Positions 13,920 to 22,356 of a stretch of 32,000 nt of DNA are shown here, piece after piece. The translations under genes were made by a program, and so were the position numbers. Source of the DNA: Gemmata obscuriglobus (lineage in GTDB: Bacteria; Planctomycetota; Planctomycetia; Gemmatales; Gemmataceae). Each line of letters opens with the position of its first letter. Position 1 is the first letter of the stretch. Below the pieces are notes generated by a model. It ran no database searches. It worked only from the letters and a program-made list of their open reading frames with translations, and had not been told where the DNA came from. The stretch spans positions 3,660,001-3,692,000 of the forward strand of contig NZ_CP042911.1 of assembly GCF_008065095.1 (NCBI RefSeq). The letters run 5' to 3'.

Positions 13920-16625
13920 TTAGCCGGTGGCCCAAGCGTAGTACCCGCGCAGGCCATTCGCGTAACGCAGCGCCGATGTCGGTTTCCAATCCGCCTGCAA
14001 GGCCGCCTTTAGTTTGTCGCCGTACGCCGCGTTACTCAAGTCTTTGTCGGCGGCGAGCGCCTCGATCAGGACACGGATGACCGGCTGTTCCAAGACCGCA
14101 GACTTTGCGGCGTCGATTAGCTTTTTCAGGTCAGCATGCCGCTTGCGCAGAGCGATTCTGCCGTCCGGAAGTCGGTCCCCGAGTTCAAGGGCCAACGCGT
14201 CGTATACCGCGTTGCGAAGGCCGGATTCGACCAGGTCCGATTCGGGTGCGCCTTGCTTCGACGCGAACAGCTTGCCGAGTAGCCTCACGAAGGCTTCCGA
14301 CGTGCCGCTGCCGAGGAATTGTTTCTGCTTCGAGCGATGAGACCGGAGAACGCCCAATTGGCCGCCGCGTGTCCCGTGAGGTCGATAAACGTGAGGCCCA
14401 CGCTCCTCCAAGTGCCCCGCAAAAACAAGCCACCGACGCAGGTTGTTGGCTTGCTGGTGAATGGTGTCCTCCGTGAGCTCGTTGTCGGACGGTTTCGAGC
14501 GCTTGACGATCCCGTCGAGTTCGTTGCTCGGAAGAGGCGTGTCCCGGTCCCACTTTGCTAACTCCCGACATACGACGTGGCGCGAAAACTGACCGTGGAC
14601 GTGCTCGGCGACCCGGATGGGGTCCGTCGCAATTACGTGCGGAGCCAGGATGTACTGGTCATCATCGACCCGATCAACGAGCTGCAGAGCAATCAAGTCG
14701 CTCAGCACGTTGACACAGCCTCGGGTGTTCAGGCCGAGCTCCTGCCCCACCTGCTCGGCCGAAGCCCGCTTGTGTTTTTCGACCGCTTGCAAGGCTTTTA
14801 CCGCGGTCCCCGGGTCACGCTGGAAGGTCCTTGCCCACGGTATCTGTGGCACCCTCTCGTCAGTTAAGTAGTCCCGGAAGATGTCCCAGTAGACGACGTA
14901 GTTGGGACCGCTTCGGACAAGCAGTCGCCGACCCAGAAGGGCGTTGACCGTGTCTCCGCTGAAATGTTCGTTGACCTCGCTCATCAGCACGGGGGACTGG
15001 TCGGCGACGTAATGCAGGCACTTTACTTGTTCGGAAGTAAGGTCGGCCAAATCTTCCCTGAAGAGTTCTTGGATGTCGAGCTCACGCTCAAGTAGCGCGA
15101 ACTGCGAGGTTTTTGCCTGCAACTTCTTCGAGACGTGTACCAGCAACTTCTTCAGCAGCCACGGGTAGCCTTGGCATTGGTCGGTCAGCCGGCCCCGCAA
15201 TGCGGGATTCAACTTGACTCCGATTTCCTTGCCGGCCCGAGTCAAGAGTCGCGCAATATCACCGGTCCCGAAGCGGCGGATAGGGATGTCCAGACGCCTG
15301 TCCCTGAGTTCATGCCAGAGGTGGTACGCTGGGTGCTGCTGGGGGTGTGAAATATCCGTCTTCCACGCAAACCCAAGCACGAGGGGAGTTTGTTTGCTGT
15401 CGAGGTCAAGGCTCAACTCGCGGATGGCGCTGAAGATGCCGTAAAGCTGCTCCTTGGCGAACAGTTCCTCAAACTGATCAAAGATCAGCACGACGACGGC
15501 ATTCCGGTCGCGGAGAGCGTCAAAGGCACTGGAAACGTCCGGAGAGTCGAGTGGGTGGGTCAGGCTGCTGATAGTAAGCGATGACCCTTTAGCGATCAGG
15601 CCGACTTTGGCGGCATCCTGCAGTGCCGTCCGGATCGCCCCGCCAACGAAGGCCAAGTTCGTCGCCGACCGCGTGTCGACGGCGGTAATCGAGCAGTTGC
15701 TTATCCGCCGGCCCTTGCTCGCGAGATCGACCAGCTTGAGCATCAGGCTACTCTTGCCCCATCCGCTCGGACCTTGAACCGCAAAAGTGCGCGTGGTCGT
15801 ATTATCGGCTTGAACAGCGCTGACGAATTGCAGGATCTGGTTCAAAACGTCGTCGCGCCCTACGAAGTCGGCGGGGCGGGCAGGCCGTAGGTCGTCCCAC
15901 GCGTCACCAGCTACGACACGCGCCACTTGGAACCGCGGTGCACTCACCGGGGGCTCCGCCGGGCGCTCTTGAGTTTGAGGCAGGTGTTTGAGCGCGCTAA
16001 ATCGGTCCGCTGCCTTCGCCACGTCGGACGCAGTCTCCTCGGCGACCGGAGTGCCGGTCGCGGCGTTGAACACTGTAAAGTAAGCCGGCACCCCTTGCTC
16101 AAGAATCTCAATCAGCCACCAACGGCCGGCTTGATTGACAACAAGGGTCGCGTCCCCCGCTTCCACGGCGGAGCGGTCCGGGATCGGTGGCGGGGGCTTT
16201 ATAGCGTTCTGGTCGATCAGGATTTCGATGAGTCGTTGCGGCGGATACCACACAAACCGTTTGGACAGGTCGGGATCGTTCTGAATCTCCTGCCACTGGC
16301 CGCGGCCATCTTTGCTCAGGTCACACGTCGAGAACAGCCACCCGGCGTCGGCGCGGCGGATCGCGACGTTTCCGAGCAGTTTAGAAATGGTGTCCGCCGG
16401 AAGTGCGTCACGCTGCGCCTTGCACTCGACGAGAATCGTTCGCGGCTCATCGATTCCCCGCGCGAGGAGATCGATTTCCATGCCCGTGACGCGGATGCGG
16501 TTGTGGACTGCAAAGCGGAGGGGTCTGAGAATGTCGGCGACGAACTGCTCGAAGAACTGCCCCCGCTGGTCGTTCGACCAGTTGCTTGGAACGGAAAGTA
16601 AAAGATGCCGGGCGCCAGCAGCCAT
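13920..16625 (-). CDS. Mrr-like (PD-D/ExK) restriction endonuclease domain fused to a STAND/AAA_16-type P-loop NTPase and a wHTH-rich C-terminal region. Avs-like candidate antiphage protein.
   Basis: N-terminus: FEQFVADIL..GMEIDLLARG..ILVECKA (D52, E67-x-K69) matches the Mrr_cat layout. FVGRDDVLNQILQFV precedes Walker A GPSGWGKSS (nt 15750-15773). Walker B is VVVLIFDQFEELF, the hhhhDQFEE form typical of STAND NTPases. The C-terminal ~380 aa is helical with wHTH-like segments (EQVGQELGLNTRGCVNVLSDLIALQLV). Confidence 0.8.
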   Translation of the reverse strand: MAAGARHLLLSVPSNWSNDQRGQFFEQFVADILRPLRFAVHNRIRVTGMEIDLLARGIDEPRTILVECKAQRDALPADTISKLLGNVAIRRADAGWLFSTCDLSKDGRGQWQEIQNDPDLSKRFVWYPPQRLIEILIDQNAIKPPPPIPDRSAVEAGDATLVVNQAGRWWLIEILEQGVPAYFTVFNAATGTPVAEETASDVAKAADRFSALKHLPQTQERPAEPPVSAPRFQVARVVAGDAWDDLRPARPADFVGRDDVLNQILQFVSAVQADNTTTRTFAVQGPSGWGKSSLMLKLVDLASKGRRISNCSITAVDTRSATNLAFVGGAIRTALQDAAKVGLIAKGSSLTISSLTHPLDSPDVSSAFDALRDRNAVVVLIFDQFEELFAKEQLYGIFSAIRELSLDLDSKQTPLVLGFAWKTDISHPQQHPAYHLWHELRDRRLDIPIRRFGTGDIARLLTRAGKEIGVKLNPALRGRLTDQCQGYPWLLKKLLVHVSKKLQAKTSQFALLERELDIQELFREDLADLTSEQVKCLHYVADQSPVLMSEVNEHFSGDTVNALLGRRLLVRSGPNYVVYWDIFRDYLTDERVPQIPWARTFQRDPGTAVKALQAVEKHKRASAEQVGQELGLNTRGCVNVLSDLIALQLVDRVDDDQYILAPHVIATDPIRVAEHVHGQFSRHVVCRELAKWDRDTPLPSNELDGIVKRSKPSDNELTEDTIHQQANNLRRWLVFAGHLEERGPHVYRPHGTRGGQLGVLRSHRSKQKQFLGSGTSEAFVRLLGKLFASKQGAPESDLVESGLRNAVYDALALELGDRLPDGRIALRKRHADLKKLIDAAKSAVLEQPVIRVLIEALAADKDLSNAAYGDKLKAALQADWKPTSALRYANGLRGYYAWATG

Positions 16626-16707
16626 TCGACGGGCCTTAAGCTGGGAAGAGAATTATTTTAAGATGACTATACCTGAAATTGGAAGGCGAGGAAGGTTGGT
16701 TGGCACC

Positions 16708-16716
16708 AGACAACTG
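16708..16716. repeat. Target-site duplication AGACAACTG (left)
   Basis: An identical 9-mer lies at 18450-18458, immediately outside the right inverted repeat. Confidence 0.85.
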
Positions 16717-18449
16717 GAGGTCACGCCACGGTTTGCAGTAGGCCTTGCGGTCCTCGGGGCACGGGATAGGAAAAGCGCGGGGCGATTTCGCCGCAACTCT
16801 CGTGCGGGGCGAGTCATGAGCACACCGCGTTTCACGGCCGAGGAACTCGACCGCCTTCGAGCACTGGCGGCGGAGTGGGGCAAAATCGTTTCCAAGCGGG
16901 CGTTCGGGGACGACGGGCCGGGATTGGACGTGGACTTCCGGACGATGGAGCAGATCGCCACCGCGGCGGCACAAGGGCTCACCGAAGGTGCCCTCCAGCA
17001 GATGCTCCACCAGCAGGCCCGGAAGGTGCCCGAACAGGTTCCGTGTCCGGTGTGTGGCGAGCCGTGCCCGACCCGACCACACACCCGCACCCTGGCGGCC
17101 CAAGGGGCCACGGTTCAACAGGCCGAACGGATCGCCCATTGTCCCGCCTGCCGGCGGGACTTTTTCCCCCCTGCGGCTGGCCCTCGGGCTGGATGAGCAC
17201 GGGTACAGTTCCTCGGTCGTTCAACGCATCGTCACGGCCGCCGCCCGGTTCTCCTCGTTCCGGGATGCCGCCGAGGCGGTGCGGATGACCGGGGTCACGA
17301 TCAGCGACAACCAGGTGCGCCGACTGGCTCACGAGGTCGGGCACGAGTTGATCGCGCGGCGCGATCGGAAGGCGGTCGAGCACCGGCGCCGCCAGTTAGA
17401 GCCGCGGACCGCGGTGGTGCCCGTGGCCGTGGTGGTCGAGGTCGATGGGGGGCGCATCCGCACCCGCGCCGCGGGCGCCGGCCCGGGTGTTCACGAGGCC
17501 CAGAACAAGGAGGACAAGGTGGCGTGCCTGGCCACCCTGAGTGGCCCCACGTTCGCCACGGACCCGTGCCCCGAGCCGCCCGAGTCGTTCCGCTGCCCGC
17601 GCCGGGTGCGGCGCCTGGTGCAGCAGATGAAGGGCCCGGCGGGCGAGGTCGCGCCCCCGGAAACCGTGGACGAATCGACGCCCCCGGTGCCGGCCGGGGA
17701 ACCCGAAGGGGCCGAGCGGTGGTCCCCGACGCGGTTGGTGCGGACGTGCGTGGCGAGCCTGGAGGGGAGTACCGCGTTCGGCCCGATGATGGCCGCCGAG
17801 GCCCAGGAGCGGCGCTTCTATGAGGCCCCGCGTCGGGCGTTCGTAGCCGACGGTCAGGCGTACAACTGGACCATCTGGCGCGGGTACTTTGGTGCGTTCG
17901 AGCCGATCGTGGATTTCCTGCACGCGGTGTGTTACGTGTTCTCGTCGGCCGCGGCCGTGAGCCCCGATGAGGCGTCGGGTTGGTCCCAATACGTGGCCTG
18001 GATGCGCGCGTGCTGGCAGGGTCGCGTTGGAGAAGTGCTCACCGAACTGGATCAGTGGCAGGCGCGGCTGGGTGAGCCCCCACCGGGTGAGGCGGCGACG
18101 GCCGAGGAGCGCCGGGACCCGCGCCGGGTGGTGGCGCACGCGCGGACCTACTTGGGGAACAATCGGGATCGCATGGCGTACCCGCGATACCGGCGCAACG
18201 GGCTACCGACGACGAGTAGCTTGGTCGAGTCACTGGTGGGCGAGATCAACGCCCGGGTGAAGAGCACACAGAAGCATTGGACCCGGCCCGACGGTGCCGA
18301 ATCGATCCTGCAACTGCGGGCCGCCGTGCTGAGCCAAGACGACCGGCTCCCACGGTTCTTCGCCGAACGGCCGGGCTCCTCGTTCCGCAAACGAGATACA
18401 CTCTGCCACAAATCAGAGGGTGCCACAGCACAAACCGTGGCGTGACCTC
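16717..18449 (+). mobile_element. Insertion sequence (1733 bp), ISKra4-family-like
   Basis: Perfect 19-bp terminal inverted repeats: GAGGTCACGCCACGGTTTG (16717-16735) and CAAACCGTGGCGTGACCTC (18431-18449). They are flanked by 9-bp direct repeats. There is a single transposase reading frame whose stop lies in the right inverted repeat. Confidence 0.88.
16816..18445 (+). CDS. ISKra4-like transposase, interrupted by a 1-nt frameshift in a C6 run (17166-17171)
   Basis: The N-terminal zinc motifs CPVCG..HCPACRRDFFP are in frame 1. They continue as LRLALGLDEHGYSS.. in frame 2. The C-terminus YLGNNRDRMAYPRYRRNGLPTTSSLVESLVGEINARVK..W.....ILQLRAAVLS is typical of this transposase family. Removing one C restores DFFPLRLALGLD. 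Confidence 0.7.
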
Positions 18450-18458
18450 AGACAACTG
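18450..18458. repeat. Target-site duplication AGACAACTG (right)
   Basis: See 16708..16716. Confidence 0.85.
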
Positions 18459-19201
18459 ACGGATGCCGTTTTTGCGCACCACGGCAGCCTCGCCCGCTTC
18501 CCACACTCGCGGCGGCAAGCACGCCTCATCACCCCGCCGCCCGCATCCGCCGCGCCAGCGTGCCCCACACGCTGGGCGGCGTCTCGACCACGCCCGTCAC
18601 GAACAGCCACACGTCGTCCTTGCCAGCGACGCGCACGGGTATGCGCTGCCCCTGCCCGAGCCCGAGCTGCTGCCTGTCCCGAGTCGAACCGCACTCTCAT
18701 CCCGCCGTCTGTCTCGACCCCGGATCTGTGTCGTTTTCCGCCTATACCGGGTGGTGTTCGTTCCGAACGTCGTGGCGTGCCTGCGGTGCCATCAGTTTAA
18801 TGAGGGATCGCTCCGGGTCCGTCCGTGCGGGTGCTGTGCGGTGCCCGAGCGACCGGGGTCCAAAACCGGTTTCGTTTGTGACGGGCATGACGGGGCGTTT
18901 CTGTTACTCCTGGTTGCACTCACAAACGGCTCGACGTTCGGCGGTAACTCCGGCGTTCACGAGTGTCGCGGGGCTGTAACGGGGGTTCCAGCCCGATCCC
19001 GTGCAGCAGGGAGCCGACGGGGGGAGGACTGGACAGCCGCTGTCGCCCAACTGGCAATTCGCTGCTACTTTGCTGGGGCATCGCTACCCATGAATCACGT
19101 GCTCGAAACCGGTGTGAAGTCCTTGGGCGAAAGCAAAATCGTTTCCAACGGTGTTCGATCGCCGTGCGGTAATGTGCGATGGTGGTGGAACTTGTAACAA
19201 A

Positions 19202-19238
19202 TTCTATTCGCAGGATCGGTTCGCCCCTGCGAATAGAA
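19202..19238. repeat. 13-bp perfect inverted repeat (TTCTATTCGCAGG / CCTGCGAATAGAA) with an 11-nt loop
   Basis: Read directly. It lies in the ORF-poor region 18.46-19.67 kb. There is no adjacent U-tract on the plus strand and only a weak TTTGTT on the minus strand. Confidence 0.6.
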
Positions 19239-19673
19239 ACCGGCGCCGAAAACGTTGTTGGGTAGTGGTTCCGATTCCCAGAAGTGCCCGAATGACGGAA
19301 ATGCTGCGAAACAATACCTCCGGCGCCGACGGTTCGGCACGGTAGCAGTCCGCGAACGGGACGGGACGCCCCCGCCCGGGGCTGACTCGGGCGTCTCCCC
19401 TTGACCTTAAACGTAACCCTAACCTGTGCAGTCCGAAAAAGCGCTTGCGGTGGCGTTTTTGATGAGTGATTCCGGGTGGTGTGAAACCACCTCGAAGAAC
19501 GTATCTGGCATCGTTGCGGTCGCTATTGCAGGAGCCTTCGTCGGGCGGGCTCGCTATCGTGACGCGCACCCCATGCCAGGATTTCGTCAGGAACTTTTAG
19601 TAGGCCGGCCGCGATTCCGGCCAAAGAGTGGAACGCGCGCGGTCGTTCTTGTCGGACGAGTCACGCACCACCC

Positions 19674-20522
19674 TCACGCCCTCACCAACCGGTGGAGCGT
19701 GATCTCCGGGCGCACGTTGAACCGCACCCGCAGCGTGTGCCCCAACCCGCGGTTGATGTACATCGACCGCCCGTCGCCGAGGTCGAACGCCCCGGCGGTG
19801 TACCGCTTGTTCGCCACCGGTAACAGCGGGGGCGGGAGGAACGGCGGCTTACACTGACCGCCGTGCGTGTGCCCGGACAGAATCCACCCCCGAAAACGTC
19901 CCCAATCTACCGGCCGGTCGGCCGCGTCCGGGTTGTGACACAGCACCACCGTCGGTTCGTCGGCATCGAGTCGTGGGAACACGGCCTCGGGCTTGAAGTT
20001 TGGACACCAGTAATCGTCCACGCCCGCGATCCGCAGTCCCGCGACCACCCGGCTCTCGTTCCGGAGAACGGTTACACCCGCGCTACTAAGTTGTGCGGCG
20101 ACCTCGGCGCCCGCCCCCAGATCGGACCAGGCGGTACCAAAGTCGTGGTTCCCGAGCACCGCAAAAGTTCCGAGCGGGGGTGGGTCCAGCGCTGCGAAAA
20201 TCGTCTCGATGTCGTGCGCGTGTGCGCCCACCGCTCCGTGATCGGTCACATCGCCGGTCACCACCACAATGTCGGGCCGGAGGGCCGACAGGTCTCGCAT
20301 GCACGCGGCGAGGTAATCCGCGTCGACTCGTGCCCCGCTGTGCAAGTCGCTGACCTGCGCGAGCGTTTTCCCGTTCAGTTCGGGTGGCAGGTTGCGGACC
20401 GGCATGTCGTGGCGGACCACCGTGACCCAGCGCGGCTCGATCCGCCACGTGTACAACCCCACGCCGAGCGCGGCGCCTGCGCTGCCCATAAGGAACCGCC
20501 GACGGGTCAAGCGCCACTTCAT
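19674..20522 (-). CDS. Tat-exported metallophosphoesterase (calcineurin-like)
   Basis: Twin-arginine signal TRRRFLMGSAGAA. Motifs DLHSG, VVTGDVTDHG, LGNHD, LCHNPD and GHTHGGQ. Confidence 0.9.
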   Translation of the reverse strand: MKWRLTRRRFLMGSAGAALGVGLYTWRIEPRWVTVVRHDMPVRNLPPELNGKTLAQVSDLHSGARVDADYLAACMRDLSALRPDIVVVTGDVTDHGAVGAHAHDIETIFAALDPPPLGTFAVLGNHDFGTAWSDLGAGAEVAAQLSSAGVTVLRNESRVVAGLRIAGVDDYWCPNFKPEAVFPRLDADEPTVVLCHNPDAADRPVDWGRFRGWILSGHTHGGQCKPPFLPPPLLPVANKRYTAGAFDLGDGRSMYINRGLGHTLRVRFNVRPEITLHRLVRA

Positions 20523-20682
20523 CCGTCACCCTCGTGTCGTGAACTCATCCCCGATCGATGGTGACAGACGGCCGCCCACCCGTCTAGCCCAGCCGGATTC
20601 CCGGCGCGCCGCCGGAACCGCGGCGCGCTGATAGCTTGTCTTCGCGGGGTTCGTGCTCACACTCTTCACGGGAGAACACCTT

Positions 20683-21438
20683 ATGGCTGACAAACCGCTC
20701 GCGGGGAAGGTCGCGCTGGTTACCGGGGGCTCGCGCGGGATCGGCGCGGCCATCGCCACCCGGTTCGGTGCCGACGGGGCCAAGGTCGTCGTCAACTACG
20801 CGCGCAGTGCTGGTGAAGCCGAAAAAGTGGTTTCGGGCATCAAGCAAGCCGGCGGCGACGCGATCGCTGTGAAAGCGGACGTGGGCCAACCGGCCGAGAT
20901 CCTGCCCCTCTTCGAGTCGACCGTCAAGGCGTTCGGCAAACTCGACATCCTGGTGAACAACGCTGCCATCATGCAGCGCCTGTTCCTTTCGGATGTCACC
21001 GCCGAAACCATCGACGCGCACTTCAACGTGAACGTTCGCGGCTACCTCCTGTGCTCCAAGTACGCCGCCGAGCGCATGACCTCCGGCGGGTGCATCATCA
21101 ACATCGGCAGCGCGATCAGTCGCATGGCGTACCCCGGCGCGGTGGTTTACACCGCAACGAAAGGGGCGGTCGATCTCATGACACGTGTGCTGGCCGCCGA
21201 ACTCGGCCCCAAGGGTATCCGTGTCAACGTCCTCGCTCCTGGGTCTACCATCACCGACATGAACAGCGAGAAGAGCGGCAAGACGCAAGAGGAAGCGGAC
21301 CAGGAGATCGCAATGACCGCGCTGCGGCGCCAGGGCCTACCGGTGGACATCGCCGACGCAGCCGCGTTCCTGGCATCAAACGACGCCCGCTGGATCACGG
21401 GCACTTGGCTCGACGTGTCCGGCGGCATCCGGTTGTAA
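20683..21438 (+). CDS. SDR-family oxidoreductase (FabG-like)
   Basis: LAGKVALVTGGSRGIGAAIA (TGxxxGIG), NNAA and a YxxxK region (YTATKGAV). ATG-20683 is preceded by GGGAGAA. Confidence 0.9.
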   Translation: MADKPLAGKVALVTGGSRGIGAAIATRFGADGAKVVVNYARSAGEAEKVVSGIKQAGGDAIAVKADVGQPAEILPLFESTVKAFGKLDILVNNAAIMQRLFLSDVTAETIDAHFNVNVRGYLLCSKYAAERMTSGGCIINIGSAISRMAYPGAVVYTATKGAVDLMTRVLAAELGPKGIRVNVLAPGSTITDMNSEKSGKTQEEADQEIAMTALRRQGLPVDIADAAAFLASNDARWITGTWLDVSGGIRL

Positions 21439-21733
21439 AACAGTGTGCGGCACAGAGCCGCGCGTAAAAGAACCGGCCGCAAATCATCGAGGTGTCGCCC
21501 ATTCACCTCAATGACCGCGGCCGGTCTGCTGAAACATACCGCTCGATTCCGCCGGTCTAACACGAAGCGGGTTCAAACGAGCCGCCTCCGCCCTTCTCGC
21601 CCAATCTCCATTCGTTGCCTGCCTTTACAGCCGGTTGTCGCACTTCGTGTGCGTGACGATAACCATGTACTCATGCGAGAAACACCAAGCCAACGGACCG
21701 AAAAATGGGCGGAGCCAGCCCGTAGTCGGCTTT

Positions 21734-22201
21734 TCAAGAGGCTTGCGGCGTTTCAGGGCCGATGTCGCGCTCATCGGACCGGTGCTCCTCGCAAAGATAA
21801 AAGCTGCGCCGGAACACAGGCACGAACCAACACAGTTTGTGCCACCCGCGGTGCTGGTGAACGGCCGGCCGCTCGCACCTCTCGCAGCGCCGCACGCTGC
21901 CGTCGGCACGACGAACAACCGCGGCCTGGAGCGCGGCGTCGTACTCGGCGATCTGCTCGCGGGTGATTCTGCGGCGGTCGAGTTCCCCCTCCATCAGGTC
22001 GAGCGCAGCGGGCTCCATACCGTCGCGGTAAATCGTGACCCTGTCGAGCAGTTCCGCCGTTGGGGCGCGGCGGATGTATGCGGCAATCTCTTTCAACGGC
22101 AGGTGCATCGGCTTGGCTCCGATCAGAACCGGTTCGGGGGCCACGGGGTTCAAAGATGGGTGACGTGATTCGGGGAACTTCGGCGCCGGTTTCGGCGTCA
22201 A
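21734..22201 (-). CDS. Hypothetical protein
   Basis: 155-aa ORF with protein-like composition and a CxxC..C..H-containing C-terminus. It runs divergent to the DUF1549 gene. The overlapping + ORF 21635..22168 looks like a shadow. Confidence 0.45.
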   Translation of the reverse strand: MTPKPAPKFPESRHPSLNPVAPEPVLIGAKPMHLPLKEIAAYIRRAPTAELLDRVTIYRDGMEPAALDLMEGELDRRRITREQIAEYDAALQAAVVRRADGSVRRCERCERPAVHQHRGWHKLCWFVPVFRRSFYLCEEHRSDERDIGPETPQAS

Positions 22202-22356
22202 ATGTGGTAGGTGTCGGTGCCAGGCGAAAGTGAAAAACGGTAGACCGCTGCCGTTTCACTGGTCTAAACTACCGGAACAACCACCCCCACAGTTTACCCG
22301 TCCCGGACCGCAACGGGATCGCTCATTGACGAATTCCACCCTCCAGGGGAAGGCGA

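Noticed and set aside
16312-16815. Upstream extension of the transposase ORF (track start 16312)
   Set aside because: The extension lies outside the IS left inverted repeat (16717) and is antisense to the STAND gene. The recognisable transposase sequence starts at ATG-16816.
17160-17175. Programmed ribosomal frameshift in the IS transposase
   Set aside because: The shift needed is +1 at a TTTTTCCCCCC tract, not the -1 A6G-type site used by IS3/IS1-type elements. The two halves correspond to one continuous homologous protein. A 1-nt indel or a sequencing error is more likely. I left this open in the findings.
18675-18705. GAGTCGAACC (reverse complement of GGTTCGACTC), a possible minus-strand tRNA T-arm or second att copy
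   Set aside because: The flanking bases do not form a T-stem, and the similarity to the 12317-12333 T-arm does not extend beyond about 10 nt.
18463-19197. 244-aa plus-strand ORF
   Set aside because: Its composition is Arg/Pro/Ser-rich. It has no motif and no Shine-Dalgarno sequence, and it overlaps equally poor ORFs in other frames. I judge it non-coding.
18900-19670. RNase P RNA, tmRNA or 6S RNA in the ORF-poor region
   Set aside because: I could not find the conserved RNase P GGAAAGTCCGG core, a tmRNA tag ORF with a tRNA-like end, or any other signature recognisable by eye. A covariance-model scan is needed.
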